Shown here in pieces: positions 14,440 through 28,234 of a stretch of DNA of 64,000 nucleotides; position 1 is the stretch's first letter; each line of letters opens with the position of its first letter. The position numbers were made by a program, and so were the translations under genes. Origin of the DNA: Vicugna vicugna (Eukaryota). The stretch is from contig MU058584.1 in the NCBI GenBank assembly GCA_013265495.1, forward strand, positions 8,026,407 through 8,090,406, in the 5' to 3' direction. The notes beneath the pieces were generated by a model that was given only the letters and a program-made list of their open reading frames with translations, was not told the DNA's origin and made no database searches.

Positions 14440-14890
14440 TACTTGAACATACATGGCATATAAATACTCAGAGTATATAAATGCTTTTATAGGTCAGTAA
14501 GAGAAAAATGAGTATTCTAACGGAAAAATGGGCTGGAGGCATAAACAGGAAATTTCTGAAACAAACATGAAAGTCTGAGGAGCATGTAAAAATGTATTCA
14601 ACTGTACTGAAAATAAAAAATTAAAATCATGTGATATGATTTTGTTGCTTAGCAGTTAGGGAAATTTTTAGTTAAAAAAAAAATACCCAGAGTTAGCAGT
14701 GTCCTGGGAAATAGGCACTTGGTGGAAAAGGAAACTCACACAAACTTGCATGCCAAATTGCTGGTATGGATCACATTTAATGCAACGATTTTGGCTGGTT
14801 CAGGAAGTTCTAGAAGCTTGAAAGAATAATTGCTTGGCACCAAAATAAATATAAATGTAAAACTGTTCATTTCACCTTTGCTTACAGTTA
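14440..14890 (+). mobile_element. Old L1ME-like ORF2/3' fragment
   Basis: GAAAAATGGGC…AAACATGAAA…TATTCAAC pattern, highly diverged. Confidence 0.45.
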
Positions 14891-15151
14891 TACAAGGTAT
14901 AACATGAACTTTTTCTAGCTGATCTTAACAGTTATTAAAATGATTATATGCACTGAATTGATTTTAACTTTTATCCTGAATATCTGGCATTGCAGCTGTT
15001 GTAACTGTAACTTACTTCTTATGGTATGCTCTTACACATTGATCATCTTCACCTGGTATTTAAATTGATTAATTTATGGCATTTAGCTTTCCTCATTTAA
15101 AACTGCACTTCCCCCTCCTTCGAAACTCTACCAACTCCATTCTTGTTGAGT

Positions 15152-17291
15152 TTTATTTATCTTTTTGATTAAAATATAATCACTTACAATGTGTCAATTA
15201 CTGGTGTACAGCACAATGTCCCAGTCATGCATATACATACATATATTTGTTTTCATATTCTTTTTCATTTAAGGTTATTTCAAGGTATTGAATATAGTTC
15301 CCCATGCTATACAGAAGAAATTTTTTAAAATCTGTTTTCATATATAGTGGCTAACATTTGCAAATCTCAAACTCCCAAATTTATCCCTTCCCACCCTGTT
15401 TCCCTACTGGTAACCGTAAGATTGTTTACTATGTCTGCAAGTCTGTTTCTGTTTCACAGAAGAGCTCATTAGTGTCCTCTTTTTTCCCTTTTTTGATTCC
15501 ACCTATGAGTGATATCATATGGTATTTTTCTTTGTCTTTCTGGCTTACTTCACTTGGTATGACAATCTCCAGGTCCATCCATGTTGCTGCAAATGGCATT
15601 CTTCCTTTTTAATGGCTGAGTAGTATTCCTTTGCATAAATCTACCACAGCTTCTCTATCCAGTCATCTGTCAATGGACATTTAGGTTACTTTCATGTCTT
15701 GGCTGTTGTACATACTGCTGCTAAAAACATTGAGATGCACGTATCTTTTCAAATTAGAGTTCCCTCCAGATATGCCCAGGAGTGGGATTGCTGATCATAT
15801 GGTAAGTCTATTTTTAGCTTTTTGAGGAATCTCCATACTGTTTTCCCTAACGGATGCACCAGACTACTTTCCCACCAACAGTGTAGTTCCCTTTTCTACA
15901 TTTCTCCTGAATTTATCACTTGTGAACTTTTGAATGATGGCCATCCTGAGTGGTGTAAGGTGATAACCTCACTGTAGTTTTGATTTGCATTGCTCTGATA
16001 ATTAGTGATATTGAGCATTTTCCCATGTGCCTATTGTCCATTTGTATGTCTTCTCTGGAGAATTGCTTGTTTAGGTCTTCTGCCCATTTTTGTATTTAGC
16101 TGTTTTTTTGTTATTAAGTTATATGAGCTGTTTATATATTCTGGAAGTTAAACCTTGTCAGTTGCATCATTCGCAAATATTTTCTCCCATTCCATAGGTT
16201 GTCTTTTTGTTTTGCTTATGGTTTCCTTTGCTGTGCAAAAGCATACAAGTTTAATTAGGTCCCATTTGTTAATTTTTGCTTTTATTTATATTGCCTGAGT
16301 AGGCTGCCCTAGGAGAACATTGCTAAGATTTATGTCAGAGAATGTTTTGCCTGTGTTTTCTTCTAGGAGGTTTATTGTGTCTTGTCTTATATTTAAGCCT
16401 TTAAACCATTTTGAGTTTATTTTTGTGTATGGTGTGAGGGAGTGTTCTAACTTCATTGATTTACATGCTGCTGTCCAGTTTTCCCAGCACCACTTGCTGA
16501 AGAGACTGTCTTTCCTCCACTGTATATTCTTGTCTCCTTTGTCAGAGATTAATTGACCATAGTTCTGTGGGTTTATTTCTGGGCCCTCTGTTCTGTTCCA
16601 TTGAGCCATATGTCCATTTTCTATTCAACGTATTCTTGGAAGTCCTAGCCACAGCAATCAGGCAAGAAAAAGAAATAAAAAGGATACAAATACAAATTGG
16701 AAGAGAAGAGGTAAAATTGTCACTATATGCAGATGACATGATACTGGTGTATAGAAAACCCTATAAGCTCCACATAAAAACTACTAGAGCTGATAAAAGA
16801 ATTTGGCAAGGTAGCAAGATACAAGATTAACATACAGAAATCAGTTGCATTTCTTTTCACTAACAATGAAATAGCAGGAAAAGAAAATAAAGAAACAATC
16901 CCTTTTAAAATTGCATCCAAAACAATAAAATACTTAGGAATAAATCTGGCTAAGGAGGTGAAAAACTTATACATGAGGAACTACAAAACATTGATTTAAG
17001 AAATTCATCCCATGATCTCAGATTGGAAGAATCAATATTGTTAAAATGGCCATACTGCCCAAGGCAATCTGCAGATTTAATGCAGTCCCTATCAAATGAC
17101 ATGACATTTTTCACAGAACTAGAACAAACAATCCTAAAATGTATATGGAATCACAAAAGACCCAGAATTGCTGAAGCAATACTGAAGAAAAAGAACAGAG
17201 CTGGAGGAATAACCCTCCCAGACTTCAGACAATGCTACAGAGCTATAGTAATCAGAACAATGGGGTATTGGCATAAAAACAGACATATGTA
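15152..17291 (-). mobile_element. Young 5'-truncated L1 with 5' inversion (twin priming)
   Basis: 3' UTR and ORF2 C-terminus on the minus strand at ~15152-16620 ([19 protein letters not shown]). ORF2 RT region on the plus strand at ~16620-17289 ([20 protein letters not shown]). TSD core TTGTTGAGT at 15143-15151 and 17292-17300. Confidence 0.93.
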
Positions 17292-18194
17292 TTGTTGAGT
17301 CTCATTTTGATGTGGTGAACTATCTGGTATCCTCTTAATGTTTCATGGACGTATCTTTTACAGTTCATCACAGTTCATCTGCACATAAATCAGTAATTTT
17401 TATGCTTCTTAAAATATTAAATCTTTGAAAAAATAAGCAGTAGTTCAGAAATGCAGAAAATAAACTGTCAGAAATGAATTCATTTTCTACACACCTTTAG
17501 ATACTTTAGATCAAATTTAAAAGAGGTGAGTTGTTTATAACTTTGCATGTTGTGGGAATTCTAAATCTAGTTTCTAAAAAAAAAAATTTAAGCAAATACA
17601 TACTTAGAAGCTTGTACAGTTCCTTATAAAGAGGAAATGAGCCCATCAATCACCATGATCGATATTTGCAAAGAAATTAGTTAACACTAAATGCTAGTAT
17701 TTTCATTGCTGAGGTGATCACATGCAAACCAGTCCCTCCTGACTCTTGGGAAGTTATCCTAAGTGTTTTCTAGATAACTGTAAATTAGATAGATCAACAG
17801 ATAGATGACAAATATTTAGAAACATTGGGAGATTGGTTAAATAAATTACAGATAAATAACAAACTAAATTACTTTACTTTTCTAACATAGAATGAGGTAA
17901 ATCACTGCAGTTATTAATTATTGCCTGTTTAATCTTTGTTTCTTTGATGTTGCCAAGAACCAGGAGGGAAAGAAGGAGAAACCCACTTATTAGGAATTAA
18001 ACATGTTAGAACTAGTTAAGTGTTTGCTCTCAGTTTAAGCTTATACTGAAATCTCACACTGCTGCCCATTTTTACTAAACTGTTTTTTAACCCCTAGAAC
18101 AGTGACATGTATTTAGCATGTTTCCAAATGCATCAGAAAAGTACTGAGCAACATGACTTCATTATTTTGTATTGAAGGGAGCCAGGGATGTGTA

Positions 18195-18699
18195 TAGATC
18201 GTCCTCAATTTACCATGATTCAGTTTAGAATTTTTGAACTTAATGATGGTGCAAAAGTGATATGAATTCAGTAGAAACCTTACTTTGAATTTTTAATTTT
18301 GATCTTTTTCCAGGCTAGCAATAGGCAATAACAGTACTCTCATGATGCTGGGTAGTAGGAGGGAGCCACAGCTCCACTTCAGCCACAGGATCGTGAGGGT
18401 AAACAAGCAATATACTTACAACCCTTTTGCACCCATTCAACCATTCTCTTTCTCACTTTGGTACAGTACTCAATAAACTACATGGGATAGTCAAACACTT
18501 TATTATAAAATAGGCTTTGTGTTAGATGATTTTGCCCAACCATAGGCTAATGTAAGTGTTCTGAGTGCACTTAAGGTAGGCTAGGCTAAGCTATGATGTT
18601 CAGTAGGTTAGGTGTATTGAATGCATTTTTGACTTAGGATATTTTCAGTTTACGTTGGGTTTATGAGGATGTAACCCCAAAGAAGTTGAGGAAGGTCTG
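18195..18699 (-). mobile_element. Tigger5/MER47-type non-autonomous TcMar DNA transposon
   Basis: Degenerate TIRs (TAGATCGTCCTCAATTTAC… / …AAGTTGAGGAAGGTCTG), TA target duplications at 18193-18194 and 18700-18701, and MER47 internal motif TAAGGTAGGCTAGGCTAAGCTATGATGTTC. Confidence 0.85.
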
Positions 18700-19569
18700 T
18701 AGTTTTACACAAATCTCACTTGAAGTGTTACTGTAATCGACAGAAATGTGTTGTTTCTGATAGGTGTGCTGGGCAGAGAAAAGACTGCAAATCATTGATC
18801 TAATGTCACAATTGTGGACAAGTCACTGGACAATCCTAGTCATCTGTAGCAGAGAACTACAAGATTCTAGGAGACACCATAGAGAACTTGTTCCAGGTCC
18901 ATTCTGCCCATCTCAGGAATAGAGGTAAAGATCTTCATTCCACAGATTACCAATTTTTTTAATCTGTAAAATGACATGCTATTTCTGTTGTGTTTGTCAT
19001 GTGGATAGTACTGGTATTTGGCCAGAGATCTAGGGTTGCAAATCCGTGAATTCTTTGTGGCTACAGCCATTTCTTGGGATGGTCCCAAGAGAAATAAATG
19101 AATGAAGGTCCAGGTAAGGCAAAGCACATTTAGCATTTCCATAGAACTCCTGGCTCAAACCTCAATAGTGCTACTTGTCAAGTTAATTAGACTCATCTTT
19201 GCCTAAGCTGCCACCACCACAGCTCTGTCTCCTGCCCCTTTCCCAGCTCCGTCCAGCCTTGGCTTCTGTACCATTCCATTCTCAAGACCAGGGGAAGCAA
19301 ATCCAAGGCGGTGCAAAGTAGAGAATGTCTTTTTAGGATTTAGCATATCTGCGGTTTAACCTGTAAGCCCCAGGGGAGCATTCTCAGCCACATAAGGAGA
19401 AGAGTCACTTACTTAGGCTTGGAGCTTTAATCTCTTGGTTATGTCAAGAGCTCTAGTTCCTGGTACTTTAGGTCTGTTAATGTTTTTGAATATAACCCAA
19501 AAAGAATGAGCAGGGCAAATAGAGAGGAAGAGGCCAGTATGTTAACAATTATTGAGACAGGCTGGAAGA

Positions 19570-19780
19570 AATATTGCAAGGTGGTCAGGAGAGGTGGCTC
19601 TGACGCCAGACTGCCTGGATTAAAACCTTATTTCTGTCACCTTATAATTTAGTCAAGTTACTTAATGACTTTGTGCCACCTGTGAAATGGTGAAAATAAT
19701 ATATGACTTATGAGAATTCAATTACTTAATAGAGGCAAACATTTATTTGTTTTAAGTGCTTAATAAATGTTTGTTGTCAT
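19570..19780 (+). mobile_element. MIR SINE
   Basis: GGCTCTGACGCCAGACTGCCTGGATT…CAAGTTACTTAA…CTGTGAAATGG. Confidence 0.6.
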
Positions 19781-20442
19781 TGTCCAGACATACCATGTTG
19801 CCCTTCCACCGTAACCTCACACAGCCGTGTTTCTAGGAAGTGGTCATCAGTGTCCAGAAAAACAAAGTTTATTAGTGCATTCATAGTAGACTCAGGTAGA
19901 CCTGTTTGTCCTAACCACTCACAGTTAACTGATTTTAAAACTAGGCAGCCAATATATTAAGCTATAGTGGAAGGTACAATGTACTAGAGATCTGGAATGT
20001 TTTGGTCTAATTATTTGGTCAGTTCTTTCCATGAAGAAAAACTACATGAGATGGGAAATAAAATTATAATCAGAAAGTCAAATGAAAAACATAAAATTAG
20101 ATTATGAAGGTATTACGTAGGGTGTTCAACTTTGATGACCAAGTGCATCCATCATCTTAGAGCAAACATATATGTTGGTCAGTGAGAACTATCTTTATCA
20201 AATGGCACAGAAGACACAGGCAAAACTGTTGCTTTTAGGGCTTCTGTTTTCCAGACTCCAAGTAGCCTGTCTCCCTTCCCATGAATAGTTTTCACTTTCA
20301 GATAAAATACACTAAAATGGTTGGTTTTCAGATTTATTAGCTGCAATCATGTTTTAGTCTCCTAAGTCTTCGTGCTGTTTTCCCTGATTTAATTCAGAAG
20401 TTGCTAAATCTCAGGTGCACAATTATAAACACCCTTGTAGAG

Positions 20443-20605
20443 CAGTGCTTCTCAAGTGTTAATGAGCATAATGAGCACCTGGACATCTTGCTGAACTGCA
20501 GAATTTGACTCAGTAGGTCTGGGATGGGGCCTGAGATTCCATGTTGCTAGCAAGCTCTAGGTGATATCAGTGTGGCTGGTCCATAGATAAGCTGTGAGTA
20601 GCAAG
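20443..20605. mobile_element. MER5A hAT-Charlie MITE
   Basis: CAGTGCTTCTCAA…TCAGTAGGTCTGGGATGGGGCCTGAGATT…GAGTAGCA. Confidence 0.75.
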
Positions 20606-21389
20606 TTTGTAGGTTACTTGTACGGATCCTAACGCCTCTAACTTTGTCCTGACTGTTAGTAAATATTATTTTTAAGTTCTGGAAGTAGCATATGAAGTGG
20701 GCAGGGGGAGTCATTTGCTGTTGCACACAAGGGACTCCTCTTTTGTATACTAATAGCACATGACTTCTCCTATCACTTCATATGGCTCTTATTCGAACGT
20801 TTGTGGGAGTGCTTTGTAAACTGTCAAGAGTTATACAAACTCAGTGGCTCGTTATGCGTCATTAACCACCTCTTAATAAATAAATCCTCCTGGCTATGTA
20901 GATTGTCCACGTCAGAAGAAACTTCCTGGGTAAGCAATGCCCATTATTTATAGCATCTGCCCTTGTATTTTGATATAGGAGTTCATTTGAATTCATTCTT
21001 GTTTTCTGTCTGTGATTTCTAGCCCAGGGAGCACCCTTCCCAAAGAAGAGTCAGGTCTTTTGTTCTTGTTTCCAGTTTCTGTGGAGGGTGACTCCCTATC
21101 TCTTTGAACAAATTGCCAAATGCATTTTTGGTACACCACAATCTGTTTTAAGTCGATGTTTCAAACGTATGTTCCATATTTGGGAAAAATCTGTTTTGTT
21201 ATTTTCACTTGATGGAAAATAAACAGATCATACTTGCTTGATTTTCATACATTACTTTTAGACAGTTTTATTGAGTCATCATCATAACAAGTACCATTTT
21301 TTTGAGTTCTACTTTGTACCATGAACTGTTAGGTAGTTTACACACATTAACTTTTTTCCTAATCATTGAAAGGCACCTGAAATGTGAGG

Positions 21390-22270
21390 ACAGGTTCAGG
21401 TAAGCTGTAGTAACAGATTCCCCTAGAAATTCAGCAGTTTAGCCAGACAAACATTTATCACCCAGTCATGCAAAGTCCAATGCTGGTCAGGAAGGATTCT
21501 TCATCTTATGAGGCCATCATCTTGATTTGTGCCTGGGTCTTAATTTATATAGGTGACTGAGTGACAATATAAGAGATCAATGCTGTTGAAAGAAAAGTTT
21601 GTTGTTACCCTCAATTCCCCTAGAAATAAGAGGCATGACATTCCAAGCAGGGCCACCTAGGGAAAGACCAGAGTTAGTTTGGAGGTGGAAGTAGGAATAA
21701 GGGGAAAAGCATAGATTCAGAGCCTTGATGGTGTTTTCATGGGAAAGGCAAGGCAGGGCAGGGAAGCTGCTTTAGGACTGCTCTCAATAATGTTGGTGGG
21801 CCCTGGGCTGTCGCAGTGGTCTCTAGTTCCTTGGTACCTGGCTCTGAGTGATTTTAGACAGCAGAAATCTTGTCTTGGTCTGTGAGAATTAGATAGAAAA
21901 GGTAGTTGGGGATATGAATATGGGATTGGTTGTAGAATTTGTGACATGATTTTTTTGTGTGTGCTCTTGAAAGCTGGATCACAGAGGGGATGTAATTGGC
22001 CATTAGTTTGGTTCTGATTCAATTGATACCACATAGACAAATGTAGAATCTATGAAAACATGGAATACTTTCAACACATGGCTTCTGAGTTTACCATAGC
22101 TTGAGGAGACAGAGCCAGAAGTCCCCATGGGATGTCTTAAAAGATCAAATCTCCCTGTCCACATCCTATTGCTAATGGCCTCTAGCTCATTCCTTGGAAA
22201 GCTGAGAAATGTAGTCTTTCTGTTGATTAGGGTGAAAGGAAATAAGATAGGATTTGGTGAATACATCTTT
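21390..22270 (-). mobile_element. Old MLT1 LTR interrupted by a MER21/MER77-like ERVL LTR (~21545-22000)
   Basis: MLT1-like ends (GCTGTAGTAACA…; GGCCTCTAGC…GGAAAGCTGAGAAATGTAGTCT) around AGGCAAGGCAGGGC…TTTAGGACTG…GGTACCTGGC. Confidence 0.55.
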
Positions 22271-23664
22271 TGTCTCTGCCATACTATAGTTACCTCCAAT
22301 TTATTAGAGAATAAACTGAGGTTCCAGTAGATTGTGATTTATCCAAACTACTCATCTTTAGAATAGAAAAGCCAGGGGTTGAGTTTAGACATTCCAAAGT
22401 CATCATCTTTCCAAGTATCACATGACCTCTGAATTGAATGTGATAATCCTGACCATGAGGGATAAAATGGGACTGATTATATTTGACTTGTTTACAACTG
22501 AGAAAGCACTGGAGTTATAATTAGTGTGAAAGTCATAACATAACTGAGCTAAGAGTTTAGGAACCAACTGGGTCTTAATCTGCCATTCAGAGCATTAAAC
22601 ACAAAGAAAAGTGCCTGACTTTTCAGTTGAATTGTCAGATTTGGAAGATCAACAGCCAGGGGCTTAAATGAACCTGGTAAGTAACAGTTAACAAAGACCT
22701 TTAATTTTTCTCTGAAGAGAGAGATAGGAAGAGCACAATCTTATCACCATCAGGTACTTTTTGGTGGAGTAGGTTCCTGAGAGTCTGGCCACCACTGCCA
22801 GTGCTACCTTGAGAACACAACTGGAGAGTCATCGTCAACATTGTTGATGGTGAGGTCGAGGAGGATGCAGTCCAACACACTGGTGCAGAAAGTCCCCAGT
22901 TTTCACCACAGTGAGTTCCTGGAAATTATGTCATAAAGCAAATATAAAGCATAAGACGTGGATCTTATTTTGCCAAATTAACAAGGCTGCACATTGCAGG
23001 AAAGTTGTCCTACTGGTGAAGAACCAAATATCAATTAAGTCAAACGTATGACTAGATGATTTTTGAAAACAAAGGTATATAAAATTCTGTTACAATTTAA
23101 AAATAGTAAGGCCGTATTCTAGATTCTATAAATTGGACCCAAATTGGAGTTCACCTTGAATCTGGAGAGGATTGTATCTCTATAGCACATAAATTTTATC
23201 TCTACTGTTTTGTACATTTAACCCCAATCTGCTAGTTAGCAATTAGTACTTTTACTTCAGACTTCAGAATGTAGAGTTTTGTTGAGATTATCCAGGTGGT
23301 TCAAGTGTCTTTAAGAACCTGTCTAAGAAAGTGTGAGGTGAAATAGATAGATAGATAGATACAGATTTTTTTCCCCTATGAAAAGGAAAGTGAAGTTCCC
23401 AATATTAAGTATGCGTTTTCAGAATCATCCGTTGGATTGGCTGAGTAGAGGGAGAGGTGTGCCAGGGAAATGTGGGGTGGTCTGCAATAGGAAAATGGCA
23501 AGGACTGGCCCTGGACTTAGAGCCAGGGCAACTAAGACGATAAATTCCTCCCTTAGGCTTGGTAACAATTTATATGAGACAGATCTTGTTTGAATTTGTG
23601 TGTCCTATTTCCTGAATATGTAGTAACAAATACCCAGCTAACTAAAATATTTCCATGAATAAAG

Positions 23665-24212
23665 TCCTATCTGCCAATGATCCAGCAGTTTCATTTCTAG
23701 ATATATACCCAATAGAATGAAAACTTACGTCCTTGCAAAAAAATATGTTCATGAATGTTCATATTGGTATTATGCAGAATAGTCAAAAAGGGGAAACAAC
23801 CCAAATGTCCATCAACTGATGAATGGGTAAGCAAAATGTGATGTATCCAGACGGTGGAATATTATTTGGCTGTAAAAAGGAATGAAGTACTGATACATGT
23901 TACAATGTGAATGAACCTTGACAACATTTTGTGAAGTGAAAGAAACCAGACAGAGAGGACTGCATATAGTGTGACTCCATATATATGAAAAGTTCAGAAT
24001 AGGCAAATCTGTAGAGACAGAAAGCAGAATAGTGGTTGCCGAGGGCTGGGGCCTGGGGTTGGTGGGGTGGAGGTGATGACTAAGGGATGTGAGGTTTCTT
24101 TTTGGGGTGATGTGACTGGGGTGATGGTTGTACAACATGGTAAGTCACTGAGTTGTACATTTTAAATGAGTGAATTGTATGGTATGTGAATACATCTTAA
24201 CAAAACTATTAA
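23665..24212 (+). mobile_element. L1MB-like 3' end
   Basis: GGAAACAACCCAAATGTCCATCAACTGATGAATGG…AAAAGGAATGAAGTACTGATACATG…GAATTGTATGGTATGTGAAT. Confidence 0.85.
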
Positions 24213-25621
24213 CAGCGACAAAACTTCATCTGCCAGACAGCTTACCACCCCAAGAAGCAATACAACAATTATTTTAGATATTGTGTGCTCTGATTTCAGA
24301 ATCAAAAATAGGCCTTCGTAGCAACATTTCTTGTGCTATGATTTGGAGGCGCCAAAAGAAACAAACGACATAGTCCCAGCTCATACAGAGTTTAAAATAT
24401 ATCAAAGAATATTTAGAAAAATCCTGCTTGTTCTCTTCCTTGCAACTTTTTTTTAAGCTCAGAATTTTTTGTCCAATATAATGAAGTTTTTTAAAATATG
24501 TTTCACAGATACTTATAAGTGCCTATTACGTTCTTGATACTATGCTTATAAAGGAGGACCGCTATTCCATCCTCTGTCTCTTCTCTAATTGTCATAGTCC
24601 AGGGGCATAAAGGTTAGGAGCACTGAGACCATGGCTTCCAGAGGCATCAGAGGTGCTGCAAAGGGCTTTGTGATGAAGCTCCAGGGACCCCAACTCATTG
24701 TGGCATGACTCTGCATTGGCTCTGTTGTCCTGCGCGAGTCATTTGTCTTTGAACTCTAATTTGCTGCTTTTATAAAATGAGAGGGCTGGATTCTCTCAGG
24801 TTCCTTCTAACTCTGTATCCTAGTTATGTTGTGTAGGATATTGATCTGGGCCCTTTTAGAAAGTATTTTCCCCTTTGTGCTGCTTTTAAGGAAAAAAAAT
24901 AAATGCATTTTGAAATAGACTTATTTCATAGTTTGTTACATAAATAATGTACGTTTTGCCATGGTGATCTGAAACACTAAGGTTTTATGGTGAACAGTTA
25001 CTATCGCATCTCTTACTTGTGTGTGTGTGAGTAAGTGACACATGTAGCTGAAAAGTGCGACTTCTCTCCACTCCCGGAAAGTGTTAGGATTGTATCCTTT
25101 GCCTGTTATACCACATTTATTTACAATTTTAGGAAGAAGTAAATTAATAATGAAACTTGAACAATCACCCATAATGTTACTGGTTTCCACATAGCCCATT
25201 ATTGAAGACTCATTTATTTATCTCTTGCCATCTGTTGGCATTTGATCAAATACCAAAAGATGCAAAAATGAGTCATCGCTTTGTGAGTCTCCCTCTCTCT
25301 CTGTACCCTTTACCTTTAAGGCTGTGAGTGAGAAAGAAGGTGTGTCATACCCAAACCCACTGATAGCCAGTAACAGAGGAAATGAAGGGAACTCTTCAAA
25401 GCCCAAGGCCAGAATGTGTGTTTGTTGTGGTGACTCGCTTGGAAAATGAAAGTTTGGTGTTGTTTTTCTGTGATAATTATTTTGAGCTTCCAATGTTATG
25501 CTCCTGAGAGGAGGAGGAAGAGCAGGAAAGAGAGTTTCTTGTAGGACACGTTCCCTGAGACCATGAGGGTTCCACGTGCTCTTGGGAATGTTTTGACTTT
25601 TGGTGCCGTTGGACAGAAACA

Positions 25622-26015
25622 CTTTGAATGGGTTGAAAGTTTGTGTCCCTCGAAAATCCATTAGCTGAAGCTCTGAATCCCAACGTGATGGTGTTTGGAG
25701 GTGAGCCTTTGGAAGATAATTAGGTTGAGATGAGGTCATGAGGGTGGGGCCCTCACGACAGGATTACTGTGTAAGAAGTGGAAGAGAGAGCGCTCTCTCT
25801 TTGTGTACCCGAGAAGGGCTGTGTGAGGACACGTAGCCTATGTAAGTTGAGAAGGTGACTGTCTACAAGCCAGGAGGAGAGCCCTCACCAAGAACTGAGT
25901 CTGCTGTTATCTTGACCTTGGACTTCTCAGCCTCCAGAACTGTGAGAAATAAATGTCTGCAGTTTAAGCCACCCAGTCTGTGGTTATTGTTATCTTTTTT
26001 AATTGCAGCTGCTAA
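25622..26015 (+). mobile_element. MLT1A-like LTR
   Basis: GTTTGTGTCCCTC…GGTCATGAGGGTGGGGCCCTCA…CTTGGACTTCTCAGCCTCCAGAACTGTGAGAAATAAATG. Confidence 0.85.
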
Positions 26016-26760
26016 AGGTGGTGTTTATTGTTTGTGAATGAGCTGCTTTGGCATTTCAATTCCCCTAATATCTAGACAGGTAGTAAACAATATTACTTTC
26101 TGACTCTGGGACTGGTGTAAGTATATCATCCCTTTTCCAGCCATACACCTGCTATGCTGAAAAAACCCTCTAGCAGCCCAGCTGACCAAGACAGACACCT
26201 TGTATTGGATGGAATGTACCTATCACAGAGGGGCGGTTGGGGAACTTTTACAAGAGCTGATCAGACTTCCTTGCTGGATGGAACCAGGACCAAGGTGAAG
26301 GGGAGCTGTCCCATAGCACATTTGAGTCTAGCATCACAAAAGCATTTTTAAAATCTTGAATCCATAGATACTCAAATTTGGGAAGAAAGCTAGTAGTCAT
26401 TGATTGTAATCTCTTGTTATAAATGAAGAGACCCAGGAAGGTTAAGTAACTTCTCCAGGTCCTCTAGTCATTAACAGTTGTTTTCAGCATCTTGATCTCC
26501 TGAAGCTAAATCTGGTGTTGCTTCCAGAAGGTAATTTAGGATACATCAGGTAATAGTTCCTCATATATACACACATACACACACACACACATATACATAT
26601 ATATATAGTATAGGTTTGCTTTCATTTAAGAATTTGAAGCATCAACCTGTGATATATTTTTATGTGAATATATAATATCTTGATGAAAATTAGAATTATA
26701 TAGTACATGTTCATTAGTACCTGTATTACCCGTCTTCCTTTTTTCTGAAATGCCTGCTTT

Positions 26761-28220
26761 TTTTTTACATTTTTTATTGATTTATAATCATTTTACAGTG
26801 TTGTGTCAAATTCCAGTGTTCAGCACAATTTTTCAGTCATTCATGGACATATACACACTCATTGTCACATTTTTTTCTCTGTGATTTATCATAACATTTT
26901 GTGTATATTTCCCTGTGCTATACAGTGTAATCTTGTTTATCTATTCTACAATTTTGAAATCCCAGTCTATCCCTTCCCACCCTCCACCCACCTGGTAACC
27001 ACAAGTCTGTATTCTCTGTCCGTGAGTCTATTTCTGTCCTGTATTTATGCTTTGTTTTTGTTTGTTTATTTTTTGTTTTTGTTTTTTAGATTTCACATAT
27101 GAACGATCTCATATGGTATTTTTCTTTCTCTTTCTGGCTTACTTCACTTAGAATGACATTCTCTAGGAGCATCCATGTTGCTGCAAATGGCATTATGTTG
27201 TCAGTTTTTATGGCTGAGTAGTNNNNNNNNNNNNNNNNNNNNNNNNNNNNNNNNNNNNNNNNNNNNNNNNNNNNNNNNNNNNNNNNNNNNNNNNNNNNNN
27301 NNNNNNNNNNNNNNNNNNNNNNNNNNNNNNNNNNNNNNNNNNNNNNNNNNNNNNNNNNNNNNNNNNNNNNNNNNNNNNNNNNNNNNNNNNNNNNNNNNNN
27401 NNNNNNNNNNNNNNNNNNNNNNNNNNNNNNNNNNNNNNNNNNNNNNNNNNNNNNNNNNNNNNNNNNNNNNNNNNNNNNNNNNNNNNNNNNNNNNNNNNNN
27501 NNNNNNNNNNNNNNNNNNNNNNNNNNNNNNNNNNNNNNNNNNNNNNNNNNNNNNNNNNNNNNNNNNNNNNNNNNNNNNNNNNNNNNNNNNNNNNNNNNNN
27601 NNNNNNNNNNNNNNNNNNNNNNNNNNNNNNNNNNNNNNNNNNNNNNNNNNNNNNNNNNNNNNNNNNNNNNNNNNNNNNNNNNNNNNNNNNNNNNNNNNNN
27701 NNNNNNNNNNNNNNNNNNNNNNNNNNNNNNNNNNNNNNNNNNNNNNNNNNNNNNNNNNNNNNNNNNNNNNNNNNNNNNNNNNNNNNNNNNNNNNNNNNNN
27801 NNNNNNNNNNNNNNNNNNNNNNNNNNNNNNNNNNNNNNNNNNNNNNNNNNNNNNNNNNNNGCTGCTGTCCAGTTTTCCCAACACCATTTGCTGAAGAGAC
27901 TGTCTTTATTCCATTGTATATTCTTGCCTCCTTTGTCGAAGATGAGTTGACCAAAAGTTTGTGGGTTCATTTCTGGGCTCTCTATTCTGTTCCATTGGTC
28001 TATATGTCTGTTTTGGTACCAATACCATGCTGTCTTGATGACTGTAGCTCTATAGTATTGTCTGAAGTCTGGGAGAGTTATTCCTCCAGCCTCTTTCTTT
28101 CTCTTCAGTAATGCTTTGGCAATTCTAGGTCTTTGATGGTTCCATATAAATTTTATTATGATTTGTTCTAGTTCTGTGAAATATGTCCTGGGTAATTGGA
28201 TAGGGATTGCATTAAATCTG
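26761..28220 (-). mobile_element. Young 5'-truncated L1 spanning an assembly gap
   Basis: ORF2 peptide ([14 protein letters not shown]...KWCWENW / YSAIK...EKEKYHM) is uninterrupted in the sequenced part. Perfect TSD (TCTG)AAATGCCTGCTTTT at 26744-26761 and 28217-28234. Confidence 0.95.
27223..27860. other. Assembly gap (638 N)
   Basis: Run of N inside the young L1. Confidence 1.
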
Positions 28221-28234
28221 AAATGCCTGCTTTT

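Noticed and set aside
22800..22915. Minus-strand peptide DLTINNVDDDSPVVF resembling a cadherin linker; plus-strand donor-like GTGAGT
   Set aside because: Short, with no further cadherin motifs or companion exons; likely chance.
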